From a virus: a stretch of 64,000 bases of DNA. Both the position numbers and the translations under genes were made by a program. This document shows, in pieces, positions 17,573 through 26,996 of this stretch. Location of the stretch: the IMG/VR virus record IMGVR_UViG_3300035698_007508, positions 32,001-96,000 of that record; one strand, 5' to 3'. Position 1 is the first letter of the stretch. Every line of letters starts with the position of its first letter. The notes under the pieces were generated by a model. It did not search any database, was not told the origin of the DNA, and worked only from the letters and a program-made list of their open reading frames with translations.

Positions 17573-18106
17573 ATGTTGCTCAACGTGAAAAAGGGACCGT
17601 ATCCCTCGCTGACCCAGATGGACAAGGAACTGCTGCTTTCCGCCGATGAAACCGGCACAGTAGAGCGCGGTATCTGCCTCTATCAGGACACGAGTGATGA
17701 ATGGAAGATTGCCGGGGCCGCACAGGCCGGTAACGCGACAACGCCTGGCGCACTGATCTACTTCGCGCTTCAAGCCGAAGATGATCTGACGGCGCAGATG
17801 GCTGGTGGCGTACCTATCAGTGATAGCGTACAGCCAAAGATCGCCGCAATCTCATGCTCGCCTACGATCGAGATCGAGACGGACATGTTTACCGGAGTGC
17901 TCACCAGCGGGCAGAATCTGTCCGTCGGCGCGGATGGTAAGTTGGTCGCACATACGACCAATGCGACGATCATCGCACGAGTGACCAAGGCTGCGTACAC
18001 CCGCTGGGTGAACAACGCTTCGGCTGTGGCTGGCTGGCGCACGGGTAACAACGTGACTGCGATTCGCGCAATCACGATGTATGCACCGCAAGTGGCAACC
18101 GCGTAA
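17573..18106 (+). CDS. Head decoration/cement protein (putative)
   Basis: 177 aa, beta-rich, directly upstream of the capsid gene; RGICLYQD..WKIAG and SGQNLSVGADGKLVA resemble beta-tulip cement proteins; strong AAGGAG SD. Confidence 0.6.
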   Translation: MLLNVKKGPYPSLTQMDKELLLSADETGTVERGICLYQDTSDEWKIAGAAQAGNATTPGALIYFALQAEDDLTAQMAGGVPISDSVQPKIAAISCSPTIEIETDMFTGVLTSGQNLSVGADGKLVAHTTNATIIARVTKAAYTRWVNNASAVAGWRTGNNVTAIRAITMYAPQVATA

Positions 18107-18150
18107 CCTGACTGGAAAGTCTTTCGGACCTCAAACAAGGAGATAAGGCA

Positions 18151-19122
18151 ATGGAAGCTACCGCACAAGACACCACTCAGAATGTACCTACCGACGTAAT
18201 GAATCGTCGCGTCCTGGATTTCCTGGACCGTGGCGAGACCGTTAAGGTCGCGCAGGCTGCATCTGATTACACCCGTATCCAACTCCGTGAAGATTCCTTC
18301 GCTATGAAGATCATCACGCCGGAGAAGGCTACGGACGACATGCTGGACCGAGACCTGGATGAGCGCCTGCGCATCATCGAGGAATTGGAGCCAGATTCAC
18401 CCGCCGCCAAGTGGGTTCCTCTGCAGGACACCCCGGACGGTGAGTACATCTACGGGTCACGGTACGTCGTGCCTTTCGCTCGTATTCTCACGCCTAAGTT
18501 CGTGAAGGATATCGACGAGTTGCGCACATACCGTCAGGACGTTCGCAAGATCCTGACCCAGAACTCCATCAAAGACGGCCTGGCCGAATACGATGGCAAG
18601 TTCATCGAGACCTGCGTGGCGATCGCTGAGGATACCTCTGGCAGCGTCCCGGGTGCACAGTCCTTCACCGGTAAGGTGCAGTGGACCGCGTACTCTGGCG
18701 GCCTGACGAAGAACAACCTCGTCGAAGCGTTCAAGATGCTCCCCCGCGGCAACAGCAACGGCAAGTTCCGCCTTCGCAACTACATCATGCTGATGAACGA
18801 TGTGACGGCCCAGGACTTGAAGAAGCTGGACGTTGGAGAGATCGGTGACGAGAACGTGAGCCGCATGTGGCGTGAAGGTCTGACGACTGACACAACCATG
18901 GGGCTGAAGGCCATCTTCACGATCAAGGACGACCTCGTCCCTGACAACCGTGTATGGTTCTTCCCCGAACCCGGATTCCTGGGCAAGGCGTACTACCTGA
19001 CCGACTGGACCATGTATATGAAGAAGGAAGCGTTCTTTATAGAGATGTTCAGCTACTGGCTGGGCGGCATGGCCATCGGTAACGTAGCCGGTGTCTGCGT
19101 GGCTGACTTCGATTATTCGTAA
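18151..19122 (+). CDS. Major capsid protein (HK97 fold, putative)
   Basis: 323 aa; strongest RBS context and most biased codons; followed by a strong terminator; protease-scaffold-decoration-MCP synteny; HK97-like layout (LREDSFAMKII, backbone helix KILTQNSIKDGLAEYDGKFI). Confidence 0.75.
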   Translation: MEATAQDTTQNVPTDVMNRRVLDFLDRGETVKVAQAASDYTRIQLREDSFAMKIITPEKATDDMLDRDLDERLRIIEELEPDSPAAKWVPLQDTPDGEYIYGSRYVVPFARILTPKFVKDIDELRTYRQDVRKILTQNSIKDGLAEYDGKFIETCVAIAEDTSGSVPGAQSFTGKVQWTAYSGGLTKNNLVEAFKMLPRGNSNGKFRLRNYIMLMNDVTAQDLKKLDVGEIGDENVSRMWREGLTTDTTMGLKAIFTIKDDLVPDNRVWFFPEPGFLGKAYYLTDWTMYMKKEAFFIEMFSYWLGGMAIGNVAGVCVADFDYS

Positions 19123-19146
19123 GTCGGACACTTGGATTGAACTCAG

Positions 19147-19178
19147 AGGGCCGGACTGGCAACGGTCCGGCCCTTTTT
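19147..19178 (+). terminator. Intrinsic terminator after the capsid gene
   Basis: AGGGCCGGACTG-GCAA-CGGTCCGGCCCT: 12-bp stem (one G-U), GNRA loop, then TTTT. Confidence 0.9.
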
Positions 19179-19237
19179 CTCGTAGAGTTTAATGAGTAAG
19201 TCGCACGGCCTATCGGCCGCAGCATAGGAGAACAATC

Positions 19238-19813
19238 ATGGATAGGTTTTTAGACGGATTCGCGGCCGAGGCCGCGGCGCACGGTATCGCCGCGCATGAC
19301 TTGGAGCAGCTACTCAAGACCGCGGACATCATCGCGATGCGCCTGTCGAGCCCTGACTTTGCTGCTGCCATGGACGCCGAGTTTGCCAAGGCTGGTCAGA
19401 GCGTCAAAAGTGCGCAAAGCGGCGCCGCATTCACAGCGGGGCGGACTATTGCGAATTTACGGGGCACGGTAACAGCGCCATACCAGGCTGTAGGCCGCGG
19501 TTTCGGCGCTTTGCGACGCGCACGTAACAATTTCTTAACGGGTGTGACTGGGTGGGCACCAGCCGGTGCAGCACCAGCGCAAGCACCGGCGAAAGCACCA
19601 GCGAAAGCACCGGCGAAAGCACCGGCGAACACGCCGTTTCAACAGCTCGACCAGGACGCGTACATGCGGTTGCCCCCGGCAGGCCAAGCTGATTACCAGC
19701 GCCGCCTCGCAATTGACCGGGCCGGACGAGCCACGTGGCGCAACATGCATCAGACACCCGGCGCAAGCCGCCACAGCCGTTCGACGTTAGCGTCGTCGGG
19801 ATATGGCTGGTAA
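19238..19813 (+). CDS. Hypothetical Ala-rich protein with APAK repeat
   Basis: AGGAG SD; leader with LLKTA and VKSA motifs; basic C-terminus. Confidence 0.7.
   Translation: MDRFLDGFAAEAAAHGIAAHDLEQLLKTADIIAMRLSSPDFAAAMDAEFAKAGQSVKSAQSGAAFTAGRTIANLRGTVTAPYQAVGRGFGALRRARNNFLTGVTGWAPAGAAPAQAPAKAPAKAPAKAPANTPFQQLDQDAYMRLPPAGQADYQRRLAIDRAGRATWRNMHQTPGASRHSRSTLASSGYGW
19571..19630 (+). repeat. Five 12-nt units encoding APAQ-APAK-APAK-APAK-APAN
   Basis: 19581-19611 is identical to 16996-17026. Confidence 0.9.
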
Positions 19814-19827
19814 AGATAGGGGATACC

Positions 19828-20265
19828 ATGCCGGCACCTACTGGCAATACCGGTTTTCTGTCAGAAATGGACATCCGGATCTGGTTACGGGACCATGATC
19901 CGGCGTCCAACCTTCTGATTCAGGACTGGGAGTTTGGACAGGAAGAGATCCGGACTGCTTGTACGCTGGCCGTAGACTACTGGAACGAAGTGTCGCCCAG
20001 CATGGGCCATTACTGGTACACGCTGTACACGTTCCCGTTCCGCTACCATCTGCTGATGGCGACGTGCGCTAACCTACTGTTTATCGCCGCTAACCTGTAC
20101 CGCCGCAATCGCTTGCCCTATCAGATCCCGGGTGGGTCCGTTGACGATCAGGCTAAGGCACCTGACTACGATACCGCTGGCGATAAGCTGTGGCAGCAGT
20201 ACAGGCAGTGGGTGGCGAGTAAGAAACGTGAGTTAAACACCGGGATGGGCTGGGGACGTATATGA
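19828..20265 (+). CDS. Head-tail adaptor/neck protein (putative)
   Basis: 145 aa, helical, in the neck position after the capsid gene; start chosen at ATG 19828 after AGGGG. Confidence 0.55.
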   Translation: MPAPTGNTGFLSEMDIRIWLRDHDPASNLLIQDWEFGQEEIRTACTLAVDYWNEVSPSMGHYWYTLYTFPFRYHLLMATCANLLFIAANLYRRNRLPYQIPGGSVDDQAKAPDYDTAGDKLWQQYRQWVASKKRELNTGMGWGRI

Positions 20266-21041
20266 CCCAGGTGTTTGACACATTCGATGTATTACCGCAT
20301 TATGCTACCGGCTTCGTATTCAGCTGGACCATCAACCCGGCCCTGACCGCGGACCCGCCGTGGGTGTGCGAGGTTCAGCGTGCCGAGACACCGGACGGGC
20401 CCTGGGTGGCCATGTCTCCGGAGATCGAGGATCAGTACCACTGGGCGGCGGACGGTAAGATGGTGGCGCCCAAGGATCCCGTACTGTATTTCCGGGTCCG
20501 GGCTGTGATCGGCGGCACCACCTACTTCTCCCACGTACGCCAGCCCTACGGTGATCTCAATCGCCGTGAATTCTTGATCGTCCAGCATATGCAGCGCCAG
20601 GAGCTACGCCAGATGCAGGGTATGTCCGGTGTTTGTGGACTTATATGGGTCAAATCGATCTTCGGCGCCAAGTGCACAGAGTGTACAGACTTCGTCGGCG
20701 GGAACCCCACCAACTCCAATTGCAGCACTTGCTTCGGCACCGGCCGGGTCCCGGGCTACCACGGCCCGTATCCTACGTGGTTGACATTCAGCCCGGCTCA
20801 ACGCAAGAAGCACCTGCCCAACGATAAGAAGGGCGTGCATGAGGACTACACTTTCACCGTGCGTATGGTCGGCACGCCCCGCGTCAAGAAGGATGATATT
20901 CTGGTGGACATCGCCACGGACAAGCGGTATTATGTCGACACGATCGTGAACGTTGCTGAGATGCGTCGGATTCCGATCGTACAGCAGATAGTGGCGAACG
21001 AGATACCCGTATCCTCGCCACTGTATCGACTAGGAGAGTAG
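20262..21041 (+). CDS. Head-closure/neck protein with Zn finger (putative)
   Basis: FN3-like N-terminus; CTEC...CSTCFGTG; C-terminal KKDDILVD..KRYYV typical of head-closure beta-barrels. Confidence 0.5.
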   Translation: MTQVFDTFDVLPHYATGFVFSWTINPALTADPPWVCEVQRAETPDGPWVAMSPEIEDQYHWAADGKMVAPKDPVLYFRVRAVIGGTTYFSHVRQPYGDLNRREFLIVQHMQRQELRQMQGMSGVCGLIWVKSIFGAKCTECTDFVGGNPTNSNCSTCFGTGRVPGYHGPYPTWLTFSPAQRKKHLPNDKKGVHEDYTFTVRMVGTPRVKKDDILVDIATDKRYYVDTIVNVAEMRRIPIVQQIVANEIPVSSPLYRLGE

Positions 21042-21707
21042 ATGAGCGGCCCCGAGTACACAAAAGGCGTTGACAGATCGGTTATCGGCTGGGAAAGTAC
21101 TATCGGCATGGTACGGAAGAATCCGACTATGCTGTACGGGATCTTCACCGAACTCGTACGTAACATTTTCTCTGACGACATCGTCGGAGCAGCTGCGCCG
21201 CACTGGAATGCGGACAAAGCAAAGACTCAGGTTTGGATCGACCAGGAACAGGTGTGGGAAGATGAGTCCCCCGCTTTCAGGCCGGCGATATACGTCAGCT
21301 TGAGCGCGCTTAAATTCACCACCGACGCTGGTAACGCTCGTGGTCTCCAAGGTCTGGAATTAGCTGAAGCCGAATATGAGTACCAGTTACGCTGCACAGG
21401 GCAAGTTACCTGGCATCACATAGGTAATACGAAAGGCGAAGGATTACTTCTGGCGGAAACGACCTGCGATCTGATAGGCGCATTTGCGGACCCGATACGG
21501 CGTGAATTTTGTTTTGACAAGTTCAACGTAATAGGGTTCAATCCTACAAGCGTAGAGAAAGAAGCCAGAGAAGTCTTCCGAAGCACGGTCACGGCAGCGT
21601 TCGAATTTCAGGAGTGTTGGACACTCAAGTTGGAATCGGCGAAAATCAAACGGATCACGTTTGACGCTGGACAGCGCGTTTTGGATCTGATAGGTTCTGG
21701 AGCATGA
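21042..21707 (+). CDS. Tail terminator/completion protein (putative)
   Basis: 221 aa immediately upstream of the sheath; RPAIYVSL motif and alpha/beta pattern. Confidence 0.45.
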   Translation: MSGPEYTKGVDRSVIGWESTIGMVRKNPTMLYGIFTELVRNIFSDDIVGAAAPHWNADKAKTQVWIDQEQVWEDESPAFRPAIYVSLSALKFTTDAGNARGLQGLELAEAEYEYQLRCTGQVTWHHIGNTKGEGLLLAETTCDLIGAFADPIRREFCFDKFNVIGFNPTSVEKEAREVFRSTVTAAFEFQECWTLKLESAKIKRITFDAGQRVLDLIGSGA

Positions 21708-21738
21708 ACTGGGATAACAGAAAGTAAGGAGTCTGGTA

Positions 21739-24700
21739 ATGGCCTACATTCAACCACAAGTACAGGTGTTTCAAGAGTTTCAGCAGCTTCCACAGAGCGT
21801 GGTAGCCAACCTGAACGCCTTCGTTCACGGCCCGAACTACCGGCTACTGCGCTACGCAGAGGCTAGTGAGAAGGCGCTGATTGGTCTGGGAAGTTATGAT
21901 CCCGACGCCAATGCGACGTTTGCCTTCCCTAACCAGCCCGCTGGTTCGACTGTCGATCTTGATTACGTCAAGCTATACATGGAAGATGTGTGGGCCCGCT
22001 ATGCCACGATCTCCGGTGCTTCGACGACCCGGCTGGCAGCGGTCAGTTCCGCCGCACTGAACAAGTTGCGTGCTATTCCCCGCGTCGAGGACGCTGAGGA
22101 ACCGACCACGACCGACGGTGTGACAATGCAAGCGTCCGGGTATGTTTATGACAGCCCCGCACTCCCCGAAACCTTCTACCTGACCCCATCTGGCGGCGCG
22201 GTAGGTGGTGCCTGGACTCGGCTCAATGCCAGTCCTGTGGCGGTCGCCGTAGCCGACGCGTGGGACGGTGATGACGCTGTATTCGGGTACCGCAGCGAGT
22301 CCGAAGGCCAGGCCGGCACGATTAGTGTACCGACGGCCGATACTCCGCTGGTGAGCGGTGTTAAGGTCCAAGGCCCGTACGGCGTTGTACTGGATATGAA
22401 TCTCGGTGGCCGTCTGGCCGGTCTGATCGCATACACCGGACAGCCCACGAACGCGCAGACCGTTTCGATCGGTGGCGAGACCCTTACCTTTAAGACAGTG
22501 CCTGTGAGCCTGACCAACGACGTCCTGATCGGCGCCGATGCCCAGGCGACATACGACAACCTTAAGACCAAGGTTGAAACACTGGAGCCCACGGGCGTGT
22601 ACGAAGTGGTACATGCATCCGTGGATAGCGACAACGGTAACCTGTGGGTGATTGGCGGCGCTATGCTCGTCATGCCTACGGCTACGGTTGCAAATGCAAC
22701 GGTATACGCCGCATTCGCATTTGCCGGCGTGCGCCAGCCTACAGTACTGACGTTCCGTAATACGCTGGGTACCGCAAGCTTCACCATGACTGTCGATCCG
22801 GACACGCTGGGTGACTCGATTGACCGTGCCATTGATGATGCTACGCCTTTGCGTGTTAACTACACGCTTGGGTCCGACATGGTCGCAGGCCTGAATACGA
22901 CGTCCCGTGTTTGTTCTATCGAGTTCGAGGCCGGCGTGACCACGCTTGGTGAACTTCGCGCAGAGTTGGTCGGCGATTCCGATATCGCCGCTGCTTTTGA
23001 CATCGGTGAACTGGATGCCAACGACACAGACGAAGTCGTGGATCTCGTTATTGACGAGACTGAGGCACCCGTGACCGCCGACATTGACGTAATGATGGTG
23101 CGCGATGCGTACCGTATCAAGGTCTTCCCGAACGAGGTGACGTGGGCTACCGGTAACGGTTACGCACACTCTAATCACTTCAAGAGTCGTGGCGTGCAGG
23201 TCGGTGACCGTCTACGTTACAGTGTGGTTGGTGCAGACAGCGTGACCTATGAAGGCTCAACACAGGTAGCAGCGCTCGAAGCTGATACACTGGCGGCTAA
23301 GATCAACGCACCTACGTTCGACGTGAATAACGGCGCCACGCAGACCGGTACGCAACTGGTTCCGCACACCGGTGCCAACATCATCGTCAAGGGTGCCGAC
23401 AATCAGATCGCCTGCGAAGGTTCCGAGACGCGGGTTTACGCCCTGTCTGACACGAACCTGTATTTTGGCGGTGACTACTCCGGCGGTGTACTGAGTGATA
23501 TCTTCACGATCACGATCACCGCAGCCGGGGCCCCTGGTACCGCACGTTGCACTGTTACGAACCAGAGCGGTACGTACACGCGTACGCTGGTTCCGATCAG
23601 CACGATCAATTGGGATCACGCGGATTCCGCCGCTATGGGTATGGTCGACCTCGGTAATAACCTGTGGGCAGTATTGCATGAGGACGCAGCTTCAGTCGAG
23701 TTCCAGACGGGTGATACCTACACGTTTGACACCGCACTGGCTTCACCCTGGGCAGCAATTTCGTCAGCACGTATCGCGGCCTCCGGCGCCTACACAGGCC
23801 CGGTTGACACGACGTACCTGGTGAAGGTTGTACGCGGTGGTGTATTCGACCGTACTCACAACGTGATCGACGGACTCCACAATCCTAACGCATTGGTCAT
23901 CGATTACGGCGGACACCTACTGTCACGCGCCCAGGACGGCGATACAGTGACGGCCGGTGGGGTTGTTTTCGAGTTTGATGACGACGCTTCCGTGACCGGT
24001 AGTAATACGCGGGTTGATATCAGCGGTTCAAGCGCGATCGACACCGACTGGGCACTCCTGGTCGCGGCCGTGAACGCCAGCGCCGGTGCTGTATACGCCA
24101 GCCAAGACACTACCGCCGACACAGTAACCATCCGCGGTTCCTACAACGCCGTCGATGGTAGCTCTATGAGCGCGCCGGGTGACGCTGGTGTTGAGTATCG
24201 CGTGTACGGACTGCAGCTGGTTTCACAGCTGGACTACGACGCGGGCGAATGGGCACTGGGCGATATCGACGACGAGTACATCCTGCGCTGCACGGCGGCT
24301 GGCACGGTGTTGAACGCGCAGTTCACGCTGGAGTCACTCCAGGGTGACGCGCAGACACTGGTCGAGTTCGCTGGTACTGGTTCGAGCCACGCAGTGACGG
24401 CCGGCACCGCTGGCCTGTCCTTGTATTTCGACAACGAGAGCGAGACCCCGACTGTGAACGTCGGCGATTACTGGGTTGTGCGTGTGAACGCTACCCGCCC
24501 CCGCGTACAGATCACGGATACGGCCGGCGTTGACCAAGGCACCTACAAAGTCGTGGACAACGGTGTTGACTTCGACGTGGGTCTGTGGGGCGTACAGGCG
24601 AGCTTCGCCAGCAATCCGAACACTGAGGGTGGCTTCGCTACCAACGGCGGGCTGGTGACTGGTGACATCTTCTATATCGATGCTGACGCTGCGAGCGACG

Positions 24701-26352
24701 GCCCGATCAAGACTCTGGTACTTGCGGACGATCTGCCTGCGGCAGTGACCACAGGTCTAGCAATTGACGACAGCGGTGCAGTGGCCACGTACTCGGCCAA
24801 TTACTCACCAAGTCTGTTCACGGCTAACCTGTACTTAGTACAGAGTGCCGCCGAGGTCAGCTCTAAGAAGCTGCAGTCGCCACCTAACTACAACTGGGAA
24901 GCAGCACTGACCGGTGTATCCGTCAATCAGGATATCGCCGTGCAGGACGCATCCTGGACGGAACTGGATGGCTCGATGCCTTACCTGCCGGTCTATGCTG
25001 GTAGCATGTACGTGGAATACCGTGCACTGCTGGCCGACTACGCAGACGGCATCTACTCACTCAGCGACATCGGTGACGTTGTTACCGAGCTGGGCGTGGT
25101 CCACCCTGACAACCCGCTGGCACAGGGCGTGTATAATGCGCTGCTGAACTCGGGTGATCAGTCGGTCTACTTCATGGCTACCCCGTCAGACGATCTGGCT
25201 GGTTACAGCGCAGTGCTGGACCAGGCATCCAAGACGGACGTGGTTTACGGTTTCGCGCCGCTGACGCAGGATATGAACATCCTGGCAGCAGTGGAGGCAC
25301 ACATCAACGACCTGTCGGGCGCCGAGAACAAGCGCTGGCGTATCGGCTTTGTCGGTACCGCGCTGCCGGCCGACACCGTGGTCTACGATGCATCGACCTT
25401 CACACCGGCGGGCACCGCATGGCTCGCAACCGTAACGGATAACCCGGCTGTCGCCGGCACGCAGAACACCGTGGTCCAACTGACCAACGGTTCGCCGAAT
25501 TGCGTAGCCGATGTCAAGGCAGGGGACGAGATCCGTGTAAACTTCGCGACCGACGCATGGGGTGACGAGACCTACGAGAGCTACACTGTGGCAAGCGTTG
25601 TCTCCAACACCAAGGTGATCCTGACCTCCGGGCCGGCGGCACCTATCACGATTGCCGCCAAGGTGGAAGTGGTACATCCGAACAGCACAGCGCAGATCGC
25701 TACAGCCGTAGCGGCACGCTCCAGCTACTTCGGTAATCGCCGCATCTACCACGTGTTCCCGAGCGTCGGGTACATGGACGGTGTTATGCAGACTTCCGAA
25801 TTCATGGCCGCAGCGATGGCCGGACTGGTAAGTTCAGTACCGCCGCAGCAGGGCCTGACCAACATCTCGGTCAACGGATTCACCGATCTGCCGTCCGTAT
25901 ACGGTACGTACACTCGTGCACAGCTGAACGAGATGGCTGCTGGTGGTACGTTCATACTGATGCAGGATATGGCCGGTGGTGAAGTCTATGTACGTCACCA
26001 GATCTCTTCCGCTACCACGGACGGGAACCTGTTGACGACTGAGCTCAATGTAACCAAGAATCTCGACTCAATCAGTTACTACTTCGCTGGCGTGCTGCAG
26101 CCGTTTATCGGCCGTTACAACATCACGCCGGAGTTGCTGGTCGTGCTGAGAACGCAGGTGAAAAACGGCTTGAACTACATGGCAAGCGACCAGACAGGCG
26201 CAGGATTGCTCGGCCCGATGATCATCGGTGGCGAGAATACTGCAATCCGCAGTCTCGAACAGCATCCTACGCTGCAAGATCACGTCGTTATCGTCGTCGA
26301 TATACAGCTACCGCTGCCGATGAATGTGATTCAGCTACGCCTGGTTGTGTAA
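21739..26352 (+). CDS. Contractile tail sheath protein, very large (1537 aa)
   Basis: N-terminal MAYIQPQVQVFQE; C-terminal sheath core (AAAMAGLVSSVPPQQGLTN, YTRAQLNEM..GG, VRHQIS, ELNVTKNLDSI); followed by a tube-sized gene. Confidence 0.85.
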   Translation: MAYIQPQVQVFQEFQQLPQSVVANLNAFVHGPNYRLLRYAEASEKALIGLGSYDPDANATFAFPNQPAGSTVDLDYVKLYMEDVWARYATISGASTTRLAAVSSAALNKLRAIPRVEDAEEPTTTDGVTMQASGYVYDSPALPETFYLTPSGGAVGGAWTRLNASPVAVAVADAWDGDDAVFGYRSESEGQAGTISVPTADTPLVSGVKVQGPYGVVLDMNLGGRLAGLIAYTGQPTNAQTVSIGGETLTFKTVPVSLTNDVLIGADAQATYDNLKTKVETLEPTGVYEVVHASVDSDNGNLWVIGGAMLVMPTATVANATVYAAFAFAGVRQPTVLTFRNTLGTASFTMTVDPDTLGDSIDRAIDDATPLRVNYTLGSDMVAGLNTTSRVCSIEFEAGVTTLGELRAELVGDSDIAAAFDIGELDANDTDEVVDLVIDETEAPVTADIDVMMVRDAYRIKVFPNEVTWATGNGYAHSNHFKSRGVQVGDRLRYSVVGADSVTYEGSTQVAALEADTLAAKINAPTFDVNNGATQTGTQLVPHTGANIIVKGADNQIACEGSETRVYALSDTNLYFGGDYSGGVLSDIFTITITAAGAPGTARCTVTNQSGTYTRTLVPISTINWDHADSAAMGMVDLGNNLWAVLHEDAASVEFQTGDTYTFDTALASPWAAISSARIAASGAYTGPVDTTYLVKVVRGGVFDRTHNVIDGLHNPNALVIDYGGHLLSRAQDGDTVTAGGVVFEFDDDASVTGSNTRVDISGSSAIDTDWALLVAAVNASAGAVYASQDTTADTVTIRGSYNAVDGSSMSAPGDAGVEYRVYGLQLVSQLDYDAGEWALGDIDDEYILRCTAAGTVLNAQFTLESLQGDAQTLVEFAGTGSSHAVTAGTAGLSLYFDNESETPTVNVGDYWVVRVNATRPRVQITDTAGVDQGTYKVVDNGVDFDVGLWGVQASFASNPNTEGGFATNGGLVTGDIFYIDADAASDGPIKTLVLADDLPAAVTTGLAIDDSGAVATYSANYSPSLFTANLYLVQSAAEVSSKKLQSPPNYNWEAALTGVSVNQDIAVQDASWTELDGSMPYLPVYAGSMYVEYRALLADYADGIYSLSDIGDVVTELGVVHPDNPLAQGVYNALLNSGDQSVYFMATPSDDLAGYSAVLDQASKTDVVYGFAPLTQDMNILAAVEAHINDLSGAENKRWRIGFVGTALPADTVVYDASTFTPAGTAWLATVTDNPAVAGTQNTVVQLTNGSPNCVADVKAGDEIRVNFATDAWGDETYESYTVASVVSNTKVILTSGPAAPITIAAKVEVVHPNSTAQIATAVAARSSYFGNRRIYHVFPSVGYMDGVMQTSEFMAAAMAGLVSSVPPQQGLTNISVNGFTDLPSVYGTYTRAQLNEMAAGGTFILMQDMAGGEVYVRHQISSATTDGNLLTTELNVTKNLDSISYYFAGVLQPFIGRYNITPELLVVLRTQVKNGLNYMASDQTGAGLLGPMIIGGENTAIRSLEQHPTLQDHVVIVVDIQLPLPMNVIQLRLVV

Positions 26353-26376
26353 TAGCGGTCAAACAGGAGAAGGACA

Positions 26377-26871
26377 ATGGCAGGAGTCAATGATATATTT
26401 GGGTACAAGCGTAACACAAAGCCCCAATCCGTGTTTTCGACGGAAGAGTCTATGTTGACATTCGGCGGTGTGGATGTTGGCGAGGCCGCAGTAGGATACC
26501 TGGTACAGCAATGGCAGACCAATTACCAGCAGCAGGTGCAGGAGATCTTTGAGATCGGTACAAACGCACTGTACTGGGTGAAGGGTCGTCCGGTTGGGCA
26601 AGGCACGATTGGGCGCATCATAGGTGAACACAGCGCGCAGGCCCCGGGCGGCGGGGGAAAATTCTTCCCTAAAAAAGCATACGACCTTTGCAAGGGCGGT
26701 GCTATGATCGAGATCACGGCGAAATCTGGGATGTGTGATAAAGCCGGAGCGGAACTCCACATCACAATGGACGGTGTGGTCGTGACCAGCATCGGCTTCG
26801 CAATGCGCGTACAGGACGTGATGATTAACGAGAACCTCGGCTGGCGTTTCGCTTCGCTTGAGGTAGGCTAA
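26377..26871 (+). CDS. Tail tube protein
   Basis: 164 aa directly after the sheath; LVQQWQTNYQQQVQEIFEIG..GRPVGQGTIGRI; beta-sandwich pattern. Confidence 0.75.
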   Translation: MAGVNDIFGYKRNTKPQSVFSTEESMLTFGGVDVGEAAVGYLVQQWQTNYQQQVQEIFEIGTNALYWVKGRPVGQGTIGRIIGEHSAQAPGGGGKFFPKKAYDLCKGGAMIEITAKSGMCDKAGAELHITMDGVVVTSIGFAMRVQDVMINENLGWRFASLEVG

Positions 26872-26939
26872 GAGTTACACATACGACGCTGGGGCCGAAC
26901 GCCGAAGGCTGCATTGCAGCCAGTGCTTACACAATCTCT

Positions 26940-26985
26940 ACCCCGGTCTAGGCGGATTACTTCGTCTTGGCCGGGGTTTCGTTTT
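26940..26985 (+). terminator. Intrinsic terminator after the tube gene
   Basis: CCCCGGTC-T-AGGCGGA-TTAC-TTCGTCT-T-GGCCGGGG then TTTCGTTTT; 15-bp stem whose G-U pairs favour the + strand RNA. Confidence 0.75.
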
Positions 26986-26996
26986 AGGAGCCTATT

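Noticed and set aside
21973-23178. 401-aa antisense ORF (and similar ones at 16589-17383, 31286-32068 and 47105-47962)
   Set aside because: These are shadows of well-supported + strand genes, with Arg/Val/His-rich sequences and no homology cues.
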